From: Prorocentrum cordatum
Taxonomy: Eukaryota
Assembly: GCA_963575745.1 (NCBI GenBank)
Contig: CAUYUJ010000094.1
Location: 62,001-118,363 of the forward strand
Direction: 5' to 3'
Length of the DNA: 56,363 bases
Shown one piece after another: positions 38,917 through 52,211 of this stretch. Every line of letters begins with the position of its first letter. The stretch's first letter is position 1. The notes beneath the pieces were generated by a model. The model did no database searches, was not told the origin of the DNA, and saw nothing but the letters and a program-made list of their open reading frames with translations. Position numbers and translations under genes: made by a program.

Positions 38917-41900
38917 TCTTCTCCTCTTCCTCCTCCTCCTCCTCCTCTTCCTCCTCCTCCCCTTTGTGTGTCTTATAAAAACGCCTATAAAAACGCTGGG
39001 CCTCCTGAGACACAGCCGAAAAACGACTCCGCTGGAACTCGCCCACAATGAGGATCTGAATCAGAGCCGACCTCAGGGAAAACGGGGCTCCGCGGTTCGA
39101 GCCATGTTTAAACGCTGACTCCTCCTCCTCCTCCTCCTCCGCCTCGGTCGGTCGGTCGGTCGGCGACTCAGGGGATGAGTCTGAGTCCCAATCGGCGTGT
39201 GAGACGAGAAGCGGCAGCAGAGAGAAAGCGGCGAGGCAACGATCGCTGGCTCCTCCGCCTCCTCATCCTCCTCCTCCTCCTCGTCCTCCTCTTCCTCCTC
39301 CGCCTCCGCCTCCTCCGTCCTCCTCCCCCTGCTACCCACGGCTCCCCTCCGTCCTGCTCTTGCTGCTCCCGCCTCTCCGTGTCGTCATTCCTCCTCGTTG
39401 CGCCTCGCCGCGTCTGCTGGGGCACGGTCCGGCTGGGCGGCGCCCCGTCCTCCTCCTTGCCCTCCTCCTGCTCTTGCTCCCCCGTGCCTCCCTCCCCTCC
39501 TGGCTTCCTCTCTCCTTGCCCGTCAAGTCCGACCCCCCGCCTCCTCTCCTGGATCTCGCCCTGGTTGGGCTGCTCCCGGTACTTGCTCTGGATTCTGTCG
39601 ACGACGTCCATGCCATCCACGACGAGCCCGAAGGGGGTGAAGCCCTGGCGATCGAGGAAGACGTTGTCCTCGGACTCCTCCTCCTCATACTCCTCGTCGC
39701 TTTCCCCCTTCCCATTATCCTCATGTTCCTCCTCCTCCTCCTCCTCAACTTCCTCCTTGTCGCTATGAGTATCCTCCTCCCTCTCTCTTTTCGCCTCCCT
39801 TCTCCTCCCTCTCGCTCCCCACATACGTCAGTCCTGGCAAACATGTGCGAAGCCCTTGATCAATGGTCCTCCTGCTCCACCTCCACCTCCTCCTCCTCCT
39901 CTTCCACCTCCTCCTCCTCCCTCCTCCTCCTCCTCCTCCTCTCCTCCTCCTCCTTGTCCTTCTCCTCCTCCTCCCTGTCCTCCTCCTCCTCCTCCTCCTC
40001 CTCATCCTCCTCCTCCTCCTCCTCCTTCTCCTCCTCCCCCTCTCCTGCCACGCCTGCTACAGCGCAGAGGCCATGGAGCTCTCAAGCGAGAAGAATAGGA
40101 GGGCGCCAGGCAGGCAGACCGCTCGAGGCATCCCTACCACCTGGGCGCGAACGGGGCCCTGCAGCACAGCTGGCGGCGCTCCGTTGGGGTGCACAGGTGC
40201 CACCCCGGCTACACTGCGGTGGTGAGGGCATCTGAGCATGAATGGTTCGTCTGCGTGCTTCTGTTGCGTGTGGGTAGACATGGGCGACTTCGGGGACCCT
40301 GAACCTCAAAACGTTTTCGCCTCTTGGTGGCGCATGTCTTACTTCCGCCACCTTCCACCGCCCTTCCGCTGGCTTCCGCCGCGGAGGTGGCCTCGTCTTA
40401 CTTCCGCTGACCTTCCGCCGCCTTCCGCGGCGGAAGAGATGACAACTCCTTCGATCCTCGAAGGCAATGCCATGTTTGGGACGCCTCATATGCATGAAAA
40501 ATCATGACTCGTCGAAGTATGAGTGAGACTGACTGTGGTAGACTCCGAACGTGAGTGCGCCTGGGGCAAGAATCATCCGAGCGTGAGCGGTCTGTGTGAA
40601 TGGCCTTGTTCATGACGAGTCTGAGTGTGTGTGTGTGTGTGAGTGGCCTGAATCTGTGTGAGCCAGAGTTTGAACGCATCCGTGCGAGCTTCTGCCTGCG
40701 AACTGCCCACGCGCTCGAACCCGATGCCAACGAGCGAACGGCTCAGACCACCCGAGCAGCCTCGGATGCTCCAGACATTCGCCCCTCGCCCTCGCGACAG
40801 CATCCGCGGACACGCGGGCAGAGCGGCGAGCGTGCACGGCGTCAGCCCGCCTCGCGCCCTCCTGGCCGGCGCTCCCCAGGAGCAGCCGCCAGACGCGCGA
40901 GGCGCGGACTTCTCCAGATCCACCTCCAGCCGACGGCCTTGTGCCCCAGCGGGCGGTGGATATGGATGTATTCTCTTGCGCAGCTGTGTTCTAGAGCTTG
41001 GACCTCTTTACTTGTTCGTCGTCGTCGTTCGTTCGTTCCTCGTTCGTCCTCCCCCCTGGCCGTCCTGGCCTTGCACTGGACCCAGCCCTCCCCAGCTTCC
41101 CTCGCTCTCCCCCCCCCTGGCCTTCCTAACCCACTCCCTGGACCCAGTCCCCCTCGCTATCGCCCCCCCCTGGCCTCCCGTTCGTCGTCCTCCCACCCTG
41201 GCCTCCGTATTCTCGTCGTTGTCGTTGGTTCGTTCGTCGTTCGTCGTCGATCGTTCGCTCGTTCGTCATTCGTCCTCCCCCCTGGCCCCCTGCCTTGCCC
41301 TGGTCCCAGCCCTCCCCCTGCCTTTGCCCTGGACCCAGCCCCCCTCGGCCTCCCCCCCTGGCCTTGGCCCTCCCCCCCATCACGCCCAGGGAGAGAGAGA
41401 AGGCGCAGGCCCGGCTCTGCTGCCAGCCGGCCCGGCCCCCCAGCAGTCGCCGCCCCCGCCGCCGCCCACGAAAGAAAACCAGTGCCGCCGCCGCAGCACC
41501 CCGGGGCCCGCCCGCCGGCACGCCGAGGAAGGCAGGCGGCCGGTCCGCGCCCTCTCGTCGCCGCTGCTCGCCTCCTCGCCGCCCTCCTCCTCCTCCTCCT
41601 CCTCCTCCTCCTCCTCCTCCTCCTCCTCCTCCTCCTCCTCTCCTCCTCCCTCCTCTCCTCCTCCTCCTCCTCCTCCCCTCCTCCTCCTCCCCCTCCTCCT
41701 CCTCCTCCCCTCCTCCTCCTCTCCTCCCCTCCTCCTCCCTCCTCCTCTCCTCCTCCCTCCTCCTATCCTCCTCCTCCTCCTTCCTCCTCCTCCTCCCTCT
41801 CCTCCTCCTCCTCCTCCTCCTCCTACTCCTCCTCCTCCTCCTCCTCCTCCTCCTCCTCCTCCCCCTCCTCCTCCTCCCCCTCCTCCCCTCCTCCCCCTCC

Positions 41901-44390
41901 TCCGCCTCCCTCCTCCTCCTCCCCCGCCTCCTCCTCCTCCTCCTCCTCCTCCTCCCCCTCCTCCTCCTCCTCCTCCGCCTCCTCCTCCTCCTCCTCATAC
42001 GCCTCCCTCCTCCTCCTCCTCCTCCTCCTCCCCTCTCCTCCTCCCCTCCTCCTCCTCCTCCTCCTCCTCCTCCTCCTCCTCCTCCTCCTCCTCCTCCTCC
42101 TCGTCATGGGTCAGGCAACCTCGCGCCTCGTGCCGCGAGAGGGGGGCGGCCTCCGCGCGACCATGTCCGCGCCCCCCGAGGCTCACGGATGGAGAAGGGA
42201 GGGCAGGACTTGGACCGTTGGCGGCGCGCACCGGGGGGGCAGGGGGAGGGGGGAATGCTCCTTGGAGGGAGGCCGCCTTTGAGAGGGCGCTGGCCCTGCA
42301 TCTGCAGACCCGGCCCGCGCCTTCCGAGGAAGCGGCCTCCTCCCGAGAAGCCCGCCCCCTCCGCCCACCCACCCCTGCACGTGGCCGAGTCCCTCTCGCA
42401 GTCCTGGCTCTCCACCCCCCATGGGGGGTGGAGAGCCAAGACGGCGGGGGGGGGCGACGACAGCGTCGCAGAAACACACTCTGCACCAGCGTCGTGACAG
42501 TGGAACACCATGCCACACCACACAGCTGGGCTGCAACTCGGCGTCCCCTGCAAGTTCCCAAAAATCACAATGGTCAGCCGAATGCATCACCTGATAGACC
42601 GCCTGCTCCGAGGGGGCCCACCCCCGCCCGCGGCTCGGCCAGCTCAGGAGGGCAGCTCGGCAACCTGGCCAACAGCCTCTGGCCCCCGGCACGCGCGGGG
42701 CCGCCGCCCGCGCCCGCCGCCCCAGCCGCCCCCGCCGCCACGCGGCGCCGCCGCCGCTGGCCTCTGGCGCCTCTCCCGCCGCCTCCTCGCCTTCGCCCCC
42801 GCGGCGGCTTCTCCTGCAGGTCGGCGCCCCGCTGGTGTGGCCATCCTCGCGCGTCTCCGCAGCAAGGACAGGCGGTCTGTCCTTATGAAGGGCCGCCGCC
42901 CGAAGGTCAGAGGAGCTCCAGTGACGGCAGATATCTCTGTGTTCGAGTGCTCTTGATGGCAGGGCAAGGTCCAGGTGAGGTTAAAAGAAAACGCCTGTCG
43001 CCGCGGCCGCCCAAGCCTCCCTGCCCGCCCTGGAAAAAAGAGAAAAAACCCAAGACGGCAAAAAACTCAAGTTGTTTCTGCTTTATGTCTTCCGGTCCAA
43101 CCATCCTGTGGTGAAGGGTCCTCGTTTTGAAGAGACGGTCCCCGCGTTCCTCTCCTCTCCTCTCCTCTCCTCCTCCTCCCCCTCCTCCCTCCTTCCCCTC
43201 CTCGCCTGTGCCATCCGCATGACGCTGTTTCGGCACGCCCCTCGCACGCTTCGTGGCCCCATATAGGGAGCCCCACCAAAGACCCAAGTGTCAGCGTTCG
43301 CATGCGCCCACCGCACCCAGTTTGGCACACCCCTCACGCGTTTCGGGGCCCCATGCGGAGCCCCACCAAAAGGCCCAAATGCCAGCGTTCGCATGCGCCC
43401 TCCGCACCCATTTTGGCACACCCCTCACACGCTTCGTGGCCCCACAAGGAGCCCTACCGAAAGCCCAAATGCCAGCTTTCGCATACCCCTCACACGTTTC
43501 GTGGCTCTATACGGAGCCCCACCGAAGGCCCAAATGCCAGCGTTCGCATGCGTCCACCGCGCCCATTGTGGCACACACCATTCACACTTTCCGTGGCCTC
43601 ACCGAAAGCCCAGATGCCAGCGTTCGCACGCGCCTACCCGACCCATTGTGGCACACCCCTCACACGCTTCGTGGTCCCACAGGGCCCCAGGCGGAGGCCT
43701 AAATGCCAGCGTTCGCATGTGCCCACCGCACCCATTTTGGCACGCCCCTCACACGTTCCGTGGCCCCACAGGGAGCCCTACCGAAGGCCCAAATGCCAGC
43801 GTTCGCATGCGCCCACTGCATTCATTTTGGCACACCTTCCACACTTTTCGTGACCCCATAGGGAGCATGCCAGCATTCGCATGCGCCCACCGCACCCATT
43901 TTAGCACACCCCTCACACGTTTCGTGGCCCCACAGGCAGCCCCACCGAATGCGCTGCATACGACGGCTGTACCCACAACTGCATATAGTTGGGTTCTTCG
44001 CCAAGCTAATTCAGCCTCCCCGCCCGCCCCGAAAGCAGCGCTTGCCGAGGCGGCGGGGCGGGCCGCAGTCGCCGCCGTGCGTTGCAGCGCGCGCGCGCGC
44101 TGGCGGCCCCGCGCGCCGCCGCGCGCTCGCGAGGAAAGCCACGGCGCCGGCCGCCAGAACAACCTTCCTGGGCGCCGCCAGGCCGCCGCGGGGCAGCACG
44201 ACGACGGGCTTGGCGATCGCTTGAGCCAACATGAGCGCGAGTGCTCTGAATGCGTGTGAGCGTGCGCGCGTGCGTGCGTGCGAGCGAGCGAGCGAGCGTG
44301 CGTGCGTGCGTGCGTGCGAGCGCGTGTCTGTGTTCGCGTGTCTGTGTGTGTGTGTGTCTGTGTGTCTGTGTGTCTGTGTGTCTGTGTGTC

Positions 44391-44425
<35 letters not shown>

Positions 44426-44483
44426 ATGCGTGCGTGCGTGTGTGTATGTGTGTGCGCGCGCGCGTGCGTGCGTGCGTGCGTGC

Positions 44484-44535
<52 letters not shown>

Positions 44536-44545
44536 GCGTGAGTGC

Positions 44546-44605
<60 letters not shown>

Positions 44606-45029
44606 GCGTGTGCGTGTGCGCGTGCGTGTGCGTGTGCGTGTGCGTGTCCGTCTGTGTCCGTGTGTGTGAGTCTGACTGTGAGCGAGTGTGGGCGCGGGTG
44701 AGCCGCAGCGTAAGAAGGGAGAAGGCGAGAGTGAGGCTGAGGCGGCGAGGTCCCACTATAACCACAAGAACCTCATCCCTCAGGAGATGGGGACTGAAAG
44801 CCAAGCCTCCAGATGGCGAAGCGCCAAGGCTGGCCTTGACATGGGTCCCACCAAGCCCCTGAGATCCGTCGTTGCAACAAAAATTCAGCGTGGCGGAAAA
44901 TCGCGACAAAAGCCCCGAACCCCATCTTTCAGCGTCATTTTCGAGCCGGGCCGATCTGTGAGGGTCCCGGGGCCGGAAATTGAGCGAGAACGCCCGGTGT
45001 GAAACAATTGCAACGCCAGGATCTCAGTG

Positions 45030-45073
<44 letters not shown>

Positions 45074-45074
45074 A

Positions 45075-45136
<62 letters not shown>

Positions 45137-48100
45137 TTGTGTGTGTGTGTGCGTGTCTGTGTGTCTGTGTGTCTGTGTGTCTGTGTGTCTGTGTGTCTGT
45201 GTGTGTCGCCTTGTCCTGACGAGATGCGCCAGGATCTCAGGGGCGGGCATGACGCGAGCACGGACGGGTATACGGGACGAGCGTGCAGAACCTCCAGCTG
45301 GCACGGGGCAGGCGAGGAGGGCACCTTGCGACAGAGTCTGGAGGGCCGTCCGCCAGGCATCTCGGAGAGCCGGAACGGGGCGGGCGCCAGGCGGAGGAGG
45401 AGGAGGAGGAAGAGGAGGAGGGAGAAAGGCGGAGGAGGAGGAGGATGAGGAGGAGGAGGACGGAGAAGGGCGGAGAAGGAGAAGAAGGAGGAGGAGGAGG
45501 AGGAGGGGGAGGACGAGGAAGAGGAGGAAGAGGAGGAGGAGGAGGAGGACGGAGAAGGGCGGAGGAGGAGGTGGAGGAGGAGCAGGTGGAGGAGGGAGAA
45601 GGGATTTCCAGGATTTCCGCCATCCCGTAGGGATAAAAGGATGAGCTCAGTCACCTGCAACAGGGTGCAGGACTCTTGAGACCCGTCTGGAGCGCCCCGC
45701 TCACGAGGTGAAGTCGCCGACGCTCACTTCCCGCCGATTGATGCCGAGGAGAACGTACCCTTCAACAGAGCAAGCAACGGACGAGCCCACAACTCCTTAC
45801 TCCAGACCATGAAATGAAGTGAATTGAAGCCTGCTGCAAATTAGACTCCCGACCACGGAAAACGGAGAAATACCTTCCCACCTTCTAAGCTGGCATGATG
45901 CTGACTCGATACGGCTCTTGTCGCGCACAGTGGCGCGGTCATCGAACTACCTCCGACGAGATCGCCAAGACCACCACCAGCCTCGGTAGCGAAATAGATA
46001 CTCAACCAGGTCCCGAGAAGAAGCCCGCGGCACGGCCCAAGCACTTATAACTGAAATTGAATTCTGTACTGCAATCCAGTTGTGGAAACAAAAGCGGCTA
46101 AAGCAGCTGAACCCCTGCAGAAAACGCCAGAGATGAAGACGGTGACGCAGAAATGGAATCGCCCCCGAAACACCACGATTTACAAACATGCAGGGACCGT
46201 GAAATGCACGACGAAGCCACCAACTGTACACAACCAGATTGCGGATACCGAAGCACACAATAGCAGCAGGGCCCGTACAGCAAATGCCTGAGACATGAAA
46301 GTGAAGCAAAAGAACTGACACCGCTGCCAAAACTCCTCGATTTACCTGGTGTCAAAGACCACCACTGCTACCACGGCGGGGGATGCTAGCCTCACCAGGG
46401 CTCGTCCCGCAGACAGAGACTGAGCACCAAAACCATGGCGAGCGTGAGCTGCACGAGGAAAACCACCAACTGCAGACAACCCAGACGATGGATACCACGG
46501 CACTCGATAGCAGCTGATTCCATGCAGTAGACGCGTGAGAAATAGACGGTGAAGCAGAAAAGTTGACACCACCGCCAAAACTCAACGATTTACAAACTGA
46601 CATAGGCCGCCACTGCATACCACGGCGGGGAATGCTAGCCGCTCCAGGGCTCGTCCCGCACGGCGGGAATGCTAGCCACTCCGGGCTTACCCGCACTTAC
46701 GGGGGGCCCCGAGCTTGAAGAACAGGTCGCCCACGAAAACGAACAAATTTGCCCAGATCTTGCCAACGCCTACCTGATAGAAGCCAACGAAAACCGCAGA
46801 ACTCCAGTCGTGAGGCGTGCCCCTCAAGCGCCACGGGAAGGCACTGGGCGGGAGCTGCGAGCCCAATAGAGCCAAAAGATGGTACTACGGGGCTCGGGCC
46901 CCTCGTGCTTGGGGGAGGAGGGAGAAGGGCAGAGGAGCAGGAGAAGGAGGAGGAGGAGGAGGAGGAGGGGGAGGACGAGGAAGAGGAGGAGGAGGAGGAG
47001 GAGGAGGAGGAGAGGAGGAGGAGGAGGAGAAGGGCAGAGGAGGAGGAGAGGAGGAACGGGAGAAGGGCGGAGGAGGAGGGAGGGAGGAGGAGGGGGAGGA
47101 GGAGCAGAGGAGGAGAGGAGGAGGAGGAGGGAGGAGGAGGAAGATGAGGAGGAGGAGGAGGGAGGAGGAGGCGAAGGAGGAGGAGGAGGAGGGAGAAGGG
47201 CGGAGGAGGAGGAGGAAGGAGGAAGAGGAGGGAGAAGGCGGAGGGAGGAGGAGGATGAGGAGGAGGAGGAGAGAGGAGGAAGGAGGAGGAGGCGGAGAGG
47301 AGGAGGAGGAGGAGGTAGGAAGGGCGAGGAGGAGGAGGAGAGGGAGAAGGGGCGCAGGAGGAGGAGGGGAAGGAGGAGGAGGAGGAGGAGGAGGAGGAGA
47401 AGGAGGAGGAGGAGGACGAGGAGGACGGGGACGGAGGAGGAGGAGGAGGAGGTGGAGGAGGGAGGAGGAGGAGGAGGAGGGGGAGGAGGAGGAGGGACAT
47501 CCGCCAGCGCACGGGGCGGGCACGAGGCGGGCGCACGAGGAGGGCCACCGGCGGAGACCAAAACAACAAGTGGCCGAAGACAGTCAGCCTGAGTTATGCG
47601 GCGAGGGTATTGCATGCGGAACCACTGGATAACCAGTGGACCACTGGATATCCAGTGGACCATGGATAACAGCGCCGCCTTCATCATTCAAGGAATCCGA
47701 CAGGGTCTGAAGCCACCTGGACACATTCCTTCACTAACGCCCCCACCGTAAGGATGCGCGGTGGGGATGCAGAGGGCCTTGGAAGCCCGTTTCGTATGAG
47801 CGGTTTTCGAACGAAGCTGGCCAGCGAAAGTCGCTAAGGATGAGGGAAACGAAGAATGACATTATGACATAAACACAACAACTCGGAGGTCCGCGTGGAT
47901 TTCTCGGATCGGCGCGGGAGGCGCCGCCAGGGGGGTCCAACGCGGATCCGAGAAATCCGCGCGGACCTCCGAGTTTTTATGAGATTGTGTCAGTCTTCGC
48001 TCCCTTAAGGATGGGCCGAAAGGGCAGGGATGCCACACTACCCCTGGGAAGGTTGCCCATCCCTGCTGTGCGGGCTGACTGTGCTGCGCAGCGCGTGTGT

Positions 48101-50224
48101 GCGGCGCCCGAGTGCAAGTACTGCTTGGGGGGGATGCCAAGACAACTCGGGCCTCCGGGAGAAGGCCGGAGGAGGAGGAGGAGGAGGAGGAGGAGGAGGA
48201 GGAGGGGGAGGAGGAGGAGGAAGAGGAGGAGGAGGAGGAGGAGCAGGAGGAGGAGGAGGAATAGGGATTAGGGCGGAGGAGGAGGAGGAGGAAGAGGAGG
48301 AGGAGGAGGAGGAGGGCCTCCGTCCTTGAAGTTGATGAAGAGCTGGGACGTGCGCGTGTTCGGCCCCGCCGTCGCGAAGGTCATCGTGCGCCGCAGGTTG
48401 CTCTGCTGGTGTGCGTCGTCCGGGATCTGCTTCGACCGCCAGACCTCAGGCGGAGTAAGGGAAAAGGAACGGGAGGACCACGAGGGAAAAACAAAATTAG
48501 CCTGACGAAGGAAACTACGAGGGAGAAACAAAATTAGCCTGACGAAGGACCCAACCATAAGCAGTTGTGGATACCGCATTCTGGGTCCATCGTTCTATGA
48601 GGCCCTCGGTGGAGCTCCCTATGAGGCCACGACCCGTGTGAGGGATGTGCCGACATGGGGCGGGGCCGCCAGGCGAAGCCTGCCACTGGCGCCTTCTGTG
48701 GAGACCCCTAGGAGGCCACGAACCGTGTGAGGGTGTGCCGAAATGGGGCGGGGCCGCCATACGAACCCTGCCACTGGCGCCCTCGGTGGAGCTCCCCACG
48801 GGGCCACGATCCTCGTGAGAGGTGTGCCTGAATGGCCCGAGGCCGCCATGCGAACCCTGCCACTGGGGCCGTCGGTGGAGCTCCTATGGTTCCACGATCC
48901 TCGTGAGGGGTGTGCCAGATTGGCCCGAGGCCGCCATGCGAACCCTGCCACTGGGACCTTCGGTGGAGCTCCCCTTGGGGCCACGATCCTCGTGAGGGGT
49001 GTGCCGAAATGGCCCGAGGCAGCCATGCAAACGCTGCCGCTGGGGCCTTCGGTGGAGCTCCGTTGGGGCCACGATCCTCGTGAGGGGTGTGCCGAAATGG
49101 CCCGAGGCCCATGCGAACCCTGCCCCTGGGGCCTTCGATGGAGCTCCGTTGGGGCCACGATCCTCGTGAGGGGTGTGCCGAAATGGCCCGAGGCTGCCAT
49201 GCGAACCCTGCCACTGTGGCCTTCGGTGGAGCTCCCTTTAGGGCCACGATCCTCGTGAGGAGTGTGCCGAGATGGCCCGAGGCCGCCATGCAAACCCTGC
49301 CAATGTGGCCTTCGGTGGAGCTCCCAATGGGGCCACGAAGCGCTGTACTGGGTGGGTGAACCGCAGGGAGGAAGGAGGGGGAGGAGGGAGGATGGGGAGG
49401 AGGAGGAGGGAGGAAGGGGAGGAGGAAGGAGTGAGGAACGCGGGGATAAGGAAACGAGTGGCCATGAAGTGGAGGACGGCGACGACGACGACGACGAGCA
49501 AGAGAAGACGACGAGCAAGAGACGACGACGCGAGGAAGAACCGTCCCCCGTCCCTCCTCCTCCTTCTCCTCCTCCTCATCCTCCTCCTCCTCCTCCCGTG
49601 CCCCTCGCCGTCTGTCGCCGTTTCTTGCCATCGCTCGGACGTCCATTCCCAATGCATGTGTTCGGCTTCGTGCGTTCATTTTCCGGGTGGTCTAGGATGC
49701 TCCTGGATGGTCCTCGCCGAGAGAAGAAATGCACACGTCCGAACGAATGCCCAGATTTTGGCTCAAGCCATTTTTCAGCTCAAGGGGCCCAGACACGCCC
49801 CGACTTCGGGAAGCGGAACCCAGGGGCGCACAAACAAATAGAGACACAAATCCCAAGATCCCCTGTATTCTCCATAGGTTCTGAATGCTCGTCGTCCCCT
49901 TCCACTTCCCATAGTTTCCAACATTTTCTGGGAAATCGACGATTACTTCCAACCATCCCAGGGTGTAGGTTCCTCGTTTTTTTATACATATATATATATA
50001 TAACATCGCCCCGCGTTCCCTCCTCCTCCTTCCCTCCTTCCTCCTCCCACTCCCCCTCCCTCCACCAGCATCGCCAACATCAGCATCATCGAAGTCACCA
50101 TCACCATCACCATCACCATCATCATCATCAGCAGCAGCATCATCATCAGCATCAGCATCATCAGCATCAGCATCATCAGCATCATCATCATCATCATCAG
50201 CATCAGCATCAGCATCAGCATCAG

Positions 50225-50276
<52 letters not shown>

Positions 50277-52154
50277 GTCATCATCATGGCCGCCATCATC
50301 ACCATCATCGGCATCACCATCGCCGTCATCATCACCATCATCGCCATCAGCTTCGGCACACCCCTCACACGTTTCGTGCCCCCAGGGGCGGAAAGGGCGG
50401 GGGTGATGGCGGGGCTCTGGCTCCAGACCTCTGCTTAATGCGACTGTTTGAACAACGCGTCCTATGGGGGAGACTGCGCCTGCTTAAAACAGGCGCCAAC
50501 AACAGCCAAGATCTACTCCAACGGGGGGGGAGGGTGCGAGGGCCCGCGCCGATCGGCAAAACAATGAACAAGAAAACGACCACATGTCTGTCTTCTCTGA
50601 CTCTTATGTTTAGGCTCTGTCCTTTCGCCGCACGGTGGCCCAAGAGGGACCCGAGTCCGGGTCCACTCCAAACGCCGCCTGGCAGAGTGAACTGAGCACG
50701 CCCAGCGCGAAGCCGATGGGATAGCAGCGTCCCTCCCCCTCCTCTACTTCATCCTCCTCTGGGGGGGGGGTACGGGCTTCATATGTGATTTTGTTCCACA
50801 TGTTCCCCGGCCACCCCCCGCTGGAAATGGAGAGCACATCGGGGCCTTGGGGCTGGGTTGGGGTGGTTTGGTGGGCGATGACCCTCCTCTTCTATACATC
50901 TCCGCTGCCCCGCCAAGCCCGCTCTCGTTCCTATTCACTGTCCTTGCGCCCCGGAGTGAAGAGAGGCAGACCTTGGCCACCTTCGGGTCGGCAGGGATTC
51001 CGAACTGGACCATGAAGTTAGGTACGACACGAAAGAAGCGCGCCTGGGTGAAGACGTCGCTCGCGAGGAGGTCCTGGAAATGATGGGCCAATTTTCCACC
51101 ACCATTACCATAGGTAGGGCGCGGGAGACGGGAGGATGGTGAGGTCCCCCTCCTCCTCCGCCTTCTCCTCCCTTTCCTCCTCTTGCTCCTCCTCCTCCTC
51201 CTCCTCCAACCTATGGTAGTGATGGTGGAAGATCGACTCATCAATAAAGGAAGATGAAAACGAGAAGGAGCACGACTTAAGGAGGAGGCGGACGAAGGGA
51301 GAATGGGAATTACGAGACGAATCATCGGACGACGAGGTGGGGCAAACACCTCCTCCTCCTCTTCCTCCTCCTCCTCCTCCTCATCATCCTCCTGAGACTC
51401 CTCCTCCCCCCTCCTCTTCATCCTCCCCTCCCCTCCTCCTCCCCTCCCCCTCCTCCTCCTCCTCTACCATGCTCCTCACCTATCCTATCCTCCTCCTCCA
51501 TCATCCTCCTACTCTCCTCTTCGCCTACTATGCCTCATCCTACCTTCTCCCCTCCTTCCCCTCATCCTCCTCCTCTCTCGGAACCCTCATCCTCCTCCTC
51601 ATACCGCCTCCTCCTCTCCTCCTCATCCTCTCCTCTCCTCCTCCGTCCCCTCCTCCTCCTCCTCTCCTCCTCATCCTCCTCCTACTCCTCCTCCCCTCCT
51701 CCTCCCCTCGACCGCAGCCACCTCATTCTCTCTCCTCCTCCTCCTCCTCCTCCTCCTACTCCTCCTTATTCTGCTCGCCCTCGTCTTTTTCCTCCTCCTC
51801 GTCGTCCTTCCCTCCTCCACCTCCTCCTCACTCCTTCTCCTACTCCTTCTCCTTCTCCATCCCCTCCTCCTCTCCTCTCCACCTCATCCTCCTCATCCTC
51901 CTCTTCTACTCGTCCTCTCGTCTACTCTACTTCCTCCGCCTCCTCCATACTGCTCCTCCTCCCTCCTCACTCCTCATCATTAATCATCATCATAATCATA
52001 ATCATCATCCTCATCCTTCATCCTCATCCTCCTCCCTCCTCATCCTCATCATTCATCCTCATCCTCATCCTCATCCTCATCCTCATCCTCATCCTCATCC
52101 TCATCCTCATCCTCATCCTCATCCTCATCCTCATCCTCATCCTCATCCTAATCC

Positions 52155-52211
<57 letters not shown>

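Noticed and set aside
43405..43420. CCATTTTGGC in the satellite unit matches 10 nt of the spliced leader
   Set aside because: It lacks the TCAAG end and varies between units; probably coincidence.
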